IMG/VR virus record: IMGVR_UViG_3300028138_000005
Coordinates: 1 to 55,549 of that record
Source: a virus
Taxonomy: Duplodnaviria > Caudoviricetes
Length of the DNA stretch: 55,549 nt
Direction: 5' to 3' (one strand)
Shown in pieces: positions 34,293-42,371 of the stretch; positions within the stretch are counted from its first letter, which is position 1, and every line of letters begins with the position of its first letter. The notes under the pieces are model-generated. The model was given only the letters and a program-made list of their open reading frames with translations. It did no database searches and was not told the origin of the DNA. A program made the translations under genes and the position numbers.

Positions 34293-35179
34293 TAGAAGAT
34301 CCTAACCGCGACAATCTCACACTCGGAGACTTCCACCGTGCCAGCCTCGGCCGGGAGCGCACTGATCCCGGCGAACAAAGCGATCGCGTCATTGGTATTA
34401 GCAGTCGTGTAAACAACCGGAGGCAGGGGGACAACAATGCTATCCGTAACCGTGGTGATAACAGGCGTGATGATCGAGGCGTTAGCGCCCGAGAGGTCCG
34501 CGGCCGTGTTGTTGGTTCGGCGTAGCTTGGCCGTGAGGACGTGATTGGCCGCGAAGGTCTTGCCCTGATAGTCGTAACGGATGCGCGAGAAAATGAGGTA
34601 GGTCCCTGCCTGGGTCAGAACCAGGGATGGAGAAGTGGTCCCCAGAACAACCGCTTGCTGTGAGGCAGTAATGACATAGGAAGTCCCGGCGCCGTAAACA
34701 GTAATCGGAGGCTGGCCTACGCCCAGGTTGGCCAGGGCCGCTGAGACTGAACCCGCGCCCGTTCCGCCCGCGGCGATAGGAAGCGGCGAAGTAAATGTCC
34801 CGCCTGTAGAAGTCACCGTTGCCCCGCTCGAGATCGCTGTCCCGCCCGCCACGTCCCCCGAATACTGCAGCCACTTGCCCACAAAGGCATTTAGGCTCGT
34901 GATGGAGTCCACCACGAACGTAGCCGGCCCGGGGAAGGTAAGCGCCGCGCCCAGACCCTGGCCCACAATCACGACCTCGCCGACCACCATCCATGACGTA
35001 TTGCCGACCGGGATCGCTACAGTCTGATTGACCAACGCCGGCACGTTAAAATTACCCGTGGTCAGAGTGAAAGCGTTGATCCCGTTTGTCCCATCGTTGC
35101 CGTTATCCCCCTCTACGCCAGGAATGTTGACCGTTTGAGGCGAGCTGCAACAAGGAGTGCATGGAGTTACTGCTGACAT
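34292..35179 (-). CDS. Tail fibre/spike-like virion protein
   Basis: Short collagen-like GVEGDNGNDGTNG; PLPIAAGGTGA...ALANLG fibre motif; beta-sandwich tip. Confidence 0.7.
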   Translation of the reverse strand: MSAVTPCTPCCSSPQTVNIPGVEGDNGNDGTNGINAFTLTTGNFNVPALVNQTVAIPVGNTSWMVVGEVVIVGQGLGAALTFPGPATFVVDSITSLNAFVGKWLQYSGDVAGGTAISSGATVTSTGGTFTSPLPIAAGGTGAGSVSAALANLGVGQPPITVYGAGTSYVITASQQAVVLGTTSPSLVLTQAGTYLIFSRIRYDYQGKTFAANHVLTAKLRRTNNTAADLSGANASIITPVITTVTDSIVVPLPPVVYTTANTNDAIALFAGISALPAEAGTVEVSECEIVAVRIF

Positions 35180-35706
35180 ATATTAGAATTTCTAGACTGC
35201 TTTTTGGTGTGTTTTCGAGCTTTGTTAATAGCAATAATTTTTTCGCGCCACGCTTGAAATCCTGGCCGTTCGCGCCACTTGCGTTTGCGCTCCTCGGACC
35301 ATGGATGGCTGATCGCTTTGATGATGTTCGCGCGCTGCTGTGGGGACCAGCCGAGTTTATTGCGGGCACGAGTGATCTGTTTATTGAGTTCAGAGATTCT
35401 GGCGTTTTTCCCAGCTCCGTCCCCATCGTTCACATTTAATAGGCAACCAAGAGGTCTGAAAAATCGGATCCAGGCTTGCTCTCTAATCTTCAAAAGCGGC
35501 TCGCTGACTTCTTCAATTATCCTCACTGAAGGCAATTGCCCTTTTAGATCCAGATCGATCAGCCACTTCGCCAACGGGTGATTTTGGTGATCGAATGCCC
35601 ACGCCAAATGCTGGAACAGACGCTTGCGAATATTGTTCTTCGTCCGTCCGATGTACTTCGGCAGTTTCAACTCTCCCGGCTCGTAAAGCGCGTAAATGAA
35701 TGGCAT
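35167..35706 (-). CDS. GIY-YIG homing endonuclease
   Basis: FIYAL...KYIGRT...RLFQH...REQAWI...LLNVNDG; basic NUMOD-like tail. Confidence 0.85.
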   Translation of the reverse strand: MPFIYALYEPGELKLPKYIGRTKNNIRKRLFQHLAWAFDHQNHPLAKWLIDLDLKGQLPSVRIIEEVSEPLLKIREQAWIRFFRPLGCLLNVNDGDGAGKNARISELNKQITRARNKLGWSPQQRANIIKAISHPWSEERKRKWRERPGFQAWREKIIAINKARKHTKKQSRNSNICQQ

Positions 35707-35711
35707 GGCTC

Positions 35712-35740
35712 AGTGTACCGTTTTCAGGGCAATACGTCGA
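35712..35740 (-). promoter_or_regulatory. Sigma70-like promoter, leaderless arrangement
   Basis: TCGACG-17-TACACT, 5 nt before the ATG at 35706. Confidence 0.5.
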
Positions 35741-35763
35741 TCCTCGACTGGCTGCAACACTAC

Positions 35764-35799
35764 AAAACCACATAGGGGGGAGGGGGGGTATGTGGTTTT
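35764..35799. repeat. 11-bp perfect inverted repeat enclosing a G-tract
   Basis: AAAACCACATA-GGGGGGAGGGGGGG-TATGTGGTTTT. Confidence 0.9.
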
Positions 35800-35841
35800 A
35801 TCCGCTTGGCGAATCTTGTCTGGCGCACGTAACTGCCCACT

Positions 35842-37683
35842 GTGGCCGATGAAATCCTGAAGTATGGCGCTTACTGGCCTGCCGAATCCGACGATCTAGC
35901 GATTGAACTTTCCTGCATTGCTAACGGCGGGAAATGGCAGAACCAGCAAGGCCAGGAATGCGGCTTAGGGCAGTTCGAACACTTCATGGAAGCACGCCGG
36001 CTGGCTTGGCCAGATCGCTATCGTCACCGGTGGACGGATCTCATTTACACCGAGATCATTCAGAACATCGTCACGATCCTCATGGGCGCCGGCTCGAGCC
36101 AGAAAACGTCCCACGCCTCCGAATTTGTCCTATTGGACTACTGGGCGCACCCCGACAACACACTGGTCCTGATCTCCACAACCACCGTGGACAAGCTGGA
36201 TATGGCTGTCTTTGGCGAGGTCAAAATGCTCATGTCCCATGCCAAGGAGCGTTACCCCTGGTTGGCCGGCAACACCATCGAAAGCAAACGGGCGATCTCC
36301 ACTGACAACATTCAAGTAACCGATACCCGCGACATTCGGAAAGGCATGGTTGGCCGCGCCTGTTACGTAGGCAAGTCCTGGGTGGGCCTGGGTGTGTTTG
36401 CCGGCATCAAGCAAGCCCGTATCCGGTTCCTGGCCGATGAGCTGCAGTTCATGCAGCCTACTTTCCTTGATTGCCTGCCCAACATGTTTCAGAGCGCCGA
36501 TCTGGACGCCATAGGAGATCCCGACATCAAGGTAATTGGCTCAGGCAACCCCAAGCACGACCCGTACGACCAGCTATCCCTAGCCGCCGAGCCAGTTGAC
36601 GGCTGGCCCTCAGTGGAAGGCAATCGCAAAACCTCGAGCTGGCCCATTAAGTTTCACCGCGGCCGCTGCCTTAACCTTGTCGGCACGGACTCGCCAAACT
36701 TCGATGTCCCCGAGGGTGTGCGGCCGCCTTACCCGCGCCTGATCAGCCGCAACTCTATAAAGCTGGTCGCCAAGCGTTGGACGGAGGACTCCCTCCAGTA
36801 CTGGACCCAATGCGTGGGCATCATGCGAATGAACATGCTGGGCAAGCGGGTGCTCACGGTGGCCATGTGCGAGCAGCATCACGCTTTCGAGCAGGTTGTC
36901 TGGAAGGACGATAACCAGACCCGCATAGGCTTTCTGGATCCGGCCTGGGGCGGGGACACGGCCGATAGGTGCATCTGGGGTTGGCTGGACTTTGGCTACG
37001 ACATTGAAGGCCGGGAAGTCATCAGCTTTGGCGAGTACTTCGACATACCGATCATCGCCAGCAGCAAGGTCCTGCCCGATGACCAGATCGCCCATTACGT
37101 TCACCATGACGCTACCCGCCTGGGCATCGATCCCAACAATATCTTTTACGGCTCAACTGGCCGCGGCACGACCGGCGCCGCTTTCGCCAGGGTGTTTGGC
37201 AAAGAGGTCCCGGTTGCCATCGCCGAAGGTGACAAGCCAACGGATCGCCCCGTGCGGGCAGATTGGTATGTCATTGACGAGAAAACGAAAATCAAACGGC
37301 TCAAGCGAGCCGACGAAGAGTACGCCCGCCTGAATGCCGAGATCTGGTTTGCCGTGCGGAACGTGGTGGACTGCGATCAAATGCGGAACCTGCCCAAAGA
37401 GGTTGCCAGGGAGTTTTCCCTCCGCGAATACCGACCTACCCGCGCCGGCAAGACCGAGCTCGAGGATAAGAAGGACACCAAGGAGCGCATGGGTATGTCC
37501 CCCGACTTGGCAGACGGGACCAGCTTTGGAGTAGAGGGCGCGCGCCAGCGCGGTTTTACCGTAGGCCATGCCGGTTACAAAGTGATCGAGGCCTCTGAGG
37601 ACGAGGAGGACTACTTCGACACCGAGGCCCGCGAATATCAGGAGGCAATCCGCGCTGGGCTACTGAATCACAGCACTCTATGA
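35842..37683 (+). CDS. terL: Terminase large subunit
   Basis: Walker A-like GAGSSQKT, Walker B RFLADE, GSGNP, RNase H motifs GFLDPAWGGD and SPDLADG. Confidence 0.9.
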   Translation: MADEILKYGAYWPAESDDLAIELSCIANGGKWQNQQGQECGLGQFEHFMEARRLAWPDRYRHRWTDLIYTEIIQNIVTILMGAGSSQKTSHASEFVLLDYWAHPDNTLVLISTTTVDKLDMAVFGEVKMLMSHAKERYPWLAGNTIESKRAISTDNIQVTDTRDIRKGMVGRACYVGKSWVGLGVFAGIKQARIRFLADELQFMQPTFLDCLPNMFQSADLDAIGDPDIKVIGSGNPKHDPYDQLSLAAEPVDGWPSVEGNRKTSSWPIKFHRGRCLNLVGTDSPNFDVPEGVRPPYPRLISRNSIKLVAKRWTEDSLQYWTQCVGIMRMNMLGKRVLTVAMCEQHHAFEQVVWKDDNQTRIGFLDPAWGGDTADRCIWGWLDFGYDIEGREVISFGEYFDIPIIASSKVLPDDQIAHYVHHDATRLGIDPNNIFYGSTGRGTTGAAFARVFGKEVPVAIAEGDKPTDRPVRADWYVIDEKTKIKRLKRADEEYARLNAEIWFAVRNVVDCDQMRNLPKEVAREFSLREYRPTRAGKTELEDKKDTKERMGMSPDLADGTSFGVEGARQRGFTVGHAGYKVIEASEDEEDYFDTEAREYQEAIRAGLLNHSTL

Positions 37684-38024
37684 AAATTCACGCAGTGGAT
37701 CTCGACAAAACTCTGGCCTACCACCATAGCGGCATGGGCATTCGAGTGATCGGAAAACCGATCACGTCCATGCTAAAGCAGGTGAAAGATTGGATTGCTA
37801 GTGGGGATAAAGTGGTCATTTTCACAGCGCGAGCGGGCTACAAGGGCGCCCGACCCGCGATCCGAAAGTGGCTCAGGCGCTACGGCCTGGGCGATCTAGA
37901 AGTGACCAACATCAAGCGGCCCGAATTTGACGATTTCTACGACGACAAGGCCGTTGCTGTCACTCCGAACAAAGGAGTTCCTGAGAAAAGTTGGGAGGAC
38001 GAGGCGCGAGAGGCGATGAAATGA
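37680..38024 (+). CDS. HAD-superfamily phosphatase with a C-terminal SWEDEAREAMK extension
   Basis: AVDLDKTL (motif I), IFTAR (II), K...FYDDKA (III/IV). Confidence 0.8.
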   Translation: MKIHAVDLDKTLAYHHSGMGIRVIGKPITSMLKQVKDWIASGDKVVIFTARAGYKGARPAIRKWLRRYGLGDLEVTNIKRPEFDDFYDDKAVAVTPNKGVPEKSWEDEAREAMK

Positions 38025-38027
38025 GTA

Positions 38028-38056
38028 TTGCCCGACATTTGGGGGTTGAGTATCAT
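38028..38056 (+). promoter_or_regulatory. Sigma70-like promoter, leaderless arrangement
   Basis: TTGCCC-17-TATCAT, 6 nt before the ATG at 38063. Confidence 0.65.
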
Positions 38057-38062
38057 AGCGGG

Positions 38063-38542
38063 ATGCAAACCATCCCACTCACTCAAGGGCGAGTTGCGCT
38101 GATTGACGACGCTGACTTCGCTCGAATATCCCAAAGCAAATGGTATCTCCATCACGGCAACGCGGAGCGGAAACAGACGATTGGCACACGGCGGATAGTA
38201 GTTCCAATGGCACGTGAAATTCTCCGCTGTCCTCCCGACAAAGTGGTTGACCACATCAACGGGGACAAGTTGGACAATCGCCGAACCAATCTGCGGGTTG
38301 CGAGCAAGGCGGAAAACACTCGCAACCGTGGCATGTCAGGGCACAACTCATCCGGTTTCAAGGGTGTGAGTTTTAACACTGCTGTAAATAAGTGGATCGC
38401 GCAGATCCGACTTGGCCAGGGCAACAAACACCTTGGCTGTTTTGAAACTCCTGAATTGGCCGCGAGAGCTTACGACAAAGCCGCCGTGAAGCACTACGGC
38501 GCGTTCGCTAAAACAAACCAACTAATGAGGCTTCTACCGTGA
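38063..38542 (+). CDS. HNH-AP2 homing endonuclease
   Basis: IPLTQG.VALIDDAD, VDHINGDKLDNRRTNLR, SGFKGV...WIAQI...LGCF...AARAYD. Confidence 0.9.
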   Translation: MQTIPLTQGRVALIDDADFARISQSKWYLHHGNAERKQTIGTRRIVVPMAREILRCPPDKVVDHINGDKLDNRRTNLRVASKAENTRNRGMSGHNSSGFKGVSFNTAVNKWIAQIRLGQGNKHLGCFETPELAARAYDKAAVKHYGAFAKTNQLMRLLP

Positions 38543-38886
38543 GGTATCGCTTAAGATCGTACGACCAGTCGCCGCCCGGAGGATATTGCTATGGCCCTGA
38601 TGGTTCATTCCGCCGCCGCTGCCTGCCCGTCATTGAGGATATTGCCCGTGCACTTTCGGCCTACCGAAAGGGCAACGGCCTTCCCGGTGCGAGTATCCAA
38701 GAAGCTCTCAGGGACGTTGACTCGGCGCAATGCCAACGGCTGGGAAATAACCCTACTTACTGCATCCCCTGTGGCCAGATCCAGAACGCCACTCACCCAG
38801 AGGCGCCAGTCCAGGCAGTCTCACTCACGGCCAATGCCCCGTTAATAGCCCCGCCCTGTAACGGGTGCGGGGTAGTAGTCCAATGA
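38539..38886 (+). CDS. Cys-rich hypothetical head-module protein
   Basis: PPGGY motif, C-terminal CNGCG; between TerL and portal. Confidence 0.6.
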   Translation: MRYRLRSYDQSPPGGYCYGPDGSFRRRCLPVIEDIARALSAYRKGNGLPGASIQEALRDVDSAQCQRLGNNPTYCIPCGQIQNATHPEAPVQAVSLTANAPLIAPPCNGCGVVVQ

Positions 38887-39248
38887 GTGATCAAATTATA
38901 GGCACGGCGGTTTTAGACAGAGCAAAGCCAGACTATGCCCCATACGAGCGGCTTTTCGTGCTTTGTGTTTATAAGAGCGGAACCCCGACGCCCGATACAA
39001 TTCCAGTTCACCCGAAAGGCACTGAGCCTGCCAAACAACCATCTTGGGCTTACGAGATCAAAGGCGATACGCTGCACCTAACGCCATCGGTCAGAATCAG
39101 CACCACGAGGCCAAGCAAAACCAAACCTGACGAAATGGAGAACGTCGAACTTTTCCACAATGACGGTTCTTGGTCAGTGAAGTTTAAGGAGTTCATCCCA
39201 GGTGACTACGTCCAACCCTACGATCTATTCAAGGCCCTCAATCCGTGA
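38883..39248 (+). CDS. Hypothetical protein (weak DUF6527-like SW...LTPSV pattern)
   Basis: ATGA/GTGA coupled; family resemblance weak. Confidence 0.55.
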   Translation: MSDQIIGTAVLDRAKPDYAPYERLFVLCVYKSGTPTPDTIPVHPKGTEPAKQPSWAYEIKGDTLHLTPSVRISTTRPSKTKPDEMENVELFHNDGSWSVKFKEFIPGDYVQPYDLFKALNP

Positions 39249-39649
39249 ACCCTCTCCTTAGCGAAATCCAAAATGATATTTCCGGCCTCGCCGCCCTCCA
39301 CGATTGGCTGGGCGAAACGGGCGATCCGGTCCATCCCATGGTGGCCGAGCTCCGTGCTCAAAGGTGCGTCGAAGGCAACGAGGGTAAACCATGCCCGCTC
39401 AATGTCGCCCCAAGGTGGTGGCAAAAGGCCAAGGGCAAAATTGCCAACTGGATCCGCAAGGAACTCGAGCTCAAGGCTCACATGCGCCTAAAAGTCCCCC
39501 AGGAGCGGCGCCTCCACATGTGCAAAGCCTGTGGGTGTTGCCTTCCCCTCAAGGTCTGGGCGCCCCGTAACGTCATTCGTGAACACACGTCCCAAGAAAC
39601 CATTGATAAAACCCCCAGCTATTGCTGGATGCGAAAGGAAGTAGCTTGA
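39245..39649 (+). CDS. Cys-rich hypothetical head-module protein
   Basis: RAQRC...CPLN...CKACGCCLPLKVW...YCW. Confidence 0.65.
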   Translation: MNPLLSEIQNDISGLAALHDWLGETGDPVHPMVAELRAQRCVEGNEGKPCPLNVAPRWWQKAKGKIANWIRKELELKAHMRLKVPQERRLHMCKACGCCLPLKVWAPRNVIREHTSQETIDKTPSYCWMRKEVA

Positions 39650-41877
39650 ACTTCAGTACAGCCCCCAGAGTCCAACAGACCATCCGCGCCGGCGATACCG
39701 TTGAATGGGAGCGCGGCGTAAACCGCGTCAAAATCAATAACGCGGCCAACTGTTCCCCGCCCTTGGATCCCGCCATGGCTAAGAAGCTGGGGATCAAGAT
39801 CAATGTAAACTGGGGCGAGCTGATGATCCTCATGGCGCACGCCCGCCGCCAGTACATGAGCGCGTTTTGGTCCAATCTGCAGTTCTTCAAGGTGACTCTG
39901 CCCCTGGCGCCCAGTGAATATCAATCGGAGTGGGGTGCTTTCATCAGCCAGGAGATCAACAAGCCTCTGCGCGAGTCCCTCTCCTTCTTCGAGCTGCACC
40001 GGTCCCGCTGGGCCTCGGTGGTCTGTCACGGCATAGGCCCCATGGTCTGGCACGGCAAATACAAGTGGGAACCCGACTACGTGTCCATTGAGGACCTCCG
40101 GATCCCCACTGACACCACCCTGGACTTTAAGACCATGAATTGGTACGGGGTGCGCCACATTTACACCCCCTACGAGCTGACCGAGAAAGCCTTCAGCCCT
40201 TCGCCGCTCAACAAATGGCACAAAAAGGAGGTCGCCGGCATCCTCAAGAATTACAAGGAGATCAATTACGACTACGCCCCCAATCACTATGACTGGGAAA
40301 CCACGCCCGAGAAGCTGGCCGAGCTGGTCAAACAGGATGGCGGCTACTTTGCCAGTGACGCCATGCCCGGGATACCCCTTTGGCATTTCTATTTTCAGGA
40401 CAACTCCGATCCTAACAATTCCGGTTGGTTCATGCGGGTAGTTCCGGAAAATGGCACGGTGCGCGGCAGCCCGCCAGAGGAGTTCCTCTATGACGATGAT
40501 ACCCCGGTTGCCAGCAAGCTTTCCGAGCTGCTCCATTGTCAGTTCGGAGATCTTTGCAACAAGGCGCCCTTCAATTATCACTCGATCCGCTCCCTGGGGT
40601 ATGCCCTCCTCGAGCCGACCTTCTACACCAATTTGACCCGCTGCCGGCTGCTGCAGCATATCCACGATAATTTCAATATCTGGCTCAGGACCAATGACCC
40701 GATCGACAAGGCCCGGGCCTCCGTGCAGGAGTTCGGCAACCTGGGCGTGCTCAAGCCCGGGGTGGACATTGTTCCCCAGACCCAGAGGCACCAGATCGAG
40801 GCTGACTTGGTTGAAATGGGCATGGGCCAGCTAAAGCAGCTTCAGCAGGAGGCCAGCTCCACTTACACCCAGGACACCGATACCGGGACCAAGCGCGAAC
40901 AGACCGCTTACGAGACCGGGGTAAAGCTGCAGCAGGTAAATGCCCTCATGGGCGGCCTCCTGATGACAGCCTTTATTTACGAGAAACACGCTTACAAAGA
41001 GATCTGCCGGCGCTTTTGCCTGGGCGGCTCTGAGGACTTTGACGTCCAACAATTCCAGAAGCGTTGCAAGGACGCGGGGATCCCTCGCAAGTGGCTGGAC
41101 TCTAATCTGTGGGACATCGAGCCCGTGACGCCCTTGGGCATGGGCAACCCGACGATGGCGATGTCTGCCGCTCAGCAGCTCATGGCCTCGGCGCCACAGT
41201 TTGACGCCACTGCCCAGCAGGAGATCAAGCACGAGTACATTATCGCCGTAACCAATGACGCCCGTAAAGCTGCCCGCTGGGCGCCTCTGGGCAAGGCCCG
41301 TGGCATTACAGATTCTACCCGGGACGCTCAGGCCATCTTTGGGACACTCATGCAGGGGGTCATGGTCGCGCCTCGAGAAGAACTCAGCGCGGCCGAACAG
41401 ATCCAGGCGCTCTTGCCTCTCTTGGCGGGGGTGATCGTTAAGTACGAGCAACGGGACAACATGGCCAAGCCGGATGAGGCCCAGGGCATGGGGGAGGTTG
41501 TGCAGTATATCAATCTCCTTATTCAGCAGTTGGCCAAGGACCCGACCCAGAAGCAGGCCGTAAAACAGTTCGGCGAGCAACTGGGCAAACTCGTAAACCA
41601 GATCAAAGGACTGGTCCAGCGCGGCCAGGAAGCGGCTCAGCAGCAAAACGGAAACGGCCAAATGGATGCTGCCACCCATGCCAAGGTGCAAACCACCCTG
41701 GCGATGGCCCAGGCGAAGTTGCACGGCAAGGCCCTCATGGATCAGGCGAAGCTCAAACAGAACTCCGAGAAGTTTGTTCGCGAGCAGCGCCGGGATGACG
41801 CACGGACCTTTGCCCAGATCCAGCGCGATAATGCGCTCGCTAAGTCCAAGAATCGGCTCAAGAGTACCTCCGAATGA
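39646..41877 (+). CDS. Portal protein
   Basis: About 743 aa after TerL; INVNWGE, TAYE...QQ motif, Gln-rich C-terminal barrel typical of P22-like portals; TTG start after AAAGGA. Confidence 0.75.
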   Translation: MNFSTAPRVQQTIRAGDTVEWERGVNRVKINNAANCSPPLDPAMAKKLGIKINVNWGELMILMAHARRQYMSAFWSNLQFFKVTLPLAPSEYQSEWGAFISQEINKPLRESLSFFELHRSRWASVVCHGIGPMVWHGKYKWEPDYVSIEDLRIPTDTTLDFKTMNWYGVRHIYTPYELTEKAFSPSPLNKWHKKEVAGILKNYKEINYDYAPNHYDWETTPEKLAELVKQDGGYFASDAMPGIPLWHFYFQDNSDPNNSGWFMRVVPENGTVRGSPPEEFLYDDDTPVASKLSELLHCQFGDLCNKAPFNYHSIRSLGYALLEPTFYTNLTRCRLLQHIHDNFNIWLRTNDPIDKARASVQEFGNLGVLKPGVDIVPQTQRHQIEADLVEMGMGQLKQLQQEASSTYTQDTDTGTKREQTAYETGVKLQQVNALMGGLLMTAFIYEKHAYKEICRRFCLGGSEDFDVQQFQKRCKDAGIPRKWLDSNLWDIEPVTPLGMGNPTMAMSAAQQLMASAPQFDATAQQEIKHEYIIAVTNDARKAARWAPLGKARGITDSTRDAQAIFGTLMQGVMVAPREELSAAEQIQALLPLLAGVIVKYEQRDNMAKPDEAQGMGEVVQYINLLIQQLAKDPTQKQAVKQFGEQLGKLVNQIKGLVQRGQEAAQQQNGNGQMDAATHAKVQTTLAMAQAKLHGKALMDQAKLKQNSEKFVREQRRDDARTFAQIQRDNALAKSKNRLKSTSE

Positions 41878-42371
41878 ACATCGACATAAGAGTAATACCG
41901 GAATCCGAGCAGCGTGCCGAAGTCAACGGGTGCGACTGGTTTTGGGAATACACGTTCAAATGCGAGCCCTGCCAGCAAACCAAAGTCATCCGCCAGGAAG
42001 GCCCACTTACCCAGCTTTGCGATATATGCGGGCAAGTGATGGTCCCGGTCCAGACTTTGCACGTGCGAGTAAGCCCGCAATCGGATGAGCGTTACGAGCT
42101 GCTCTTGGCTATCCATGAGGCTACCGAGGCGATCCTCTGCAAATATGCCGGCGTGACTCAGAAAGAGGTCGATGCCTTCGATCTCGAGTACGACAAAACC
42201 CACACCTTTGACCTGAATGCCGGCGATGACCCGGGAGCGCCCTACGCTCGCCAGCACTGCTTTGCTACTGCCATCGAGCGAATCATGGCCGCCGAGCTGG
42301 GGATCAACTGGCTCAAGTACGACACGGAACTGGCCGAGAGTTACCCCGGGCCTTCTAAAAAGAACAAATGA
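41874..42371 (+). CDS. Zincin-like (HExxE...H) protein with zinc-ribbon insert
   Basis: LLAIHEATEAIL...GDDPGAPYARQHCFATAIE; CEPC...CDIC insert. Confidence 0.55.
   Translation: MNIDIRVIPESEQRAEVNGCDWFWEYTFKCEPCQQTKVIRQEGPLTQLCDICGQVMVPVQTLHVRVSPQSDERYELLLAIHEATEAILCKYAGVTQKEVDAFDLEYDKTHTFDLNAGDDPGAPYARQHCFATAIERIMAAELGINWLKYDTELAESYPGPSKKNK

Noticed and set aside
35842-41877. Introns or inteins in TerL or portal hosting the endonucleases
   Set aside because: Both ORFs are continuous and of normal size; all HEGs are intergenic.
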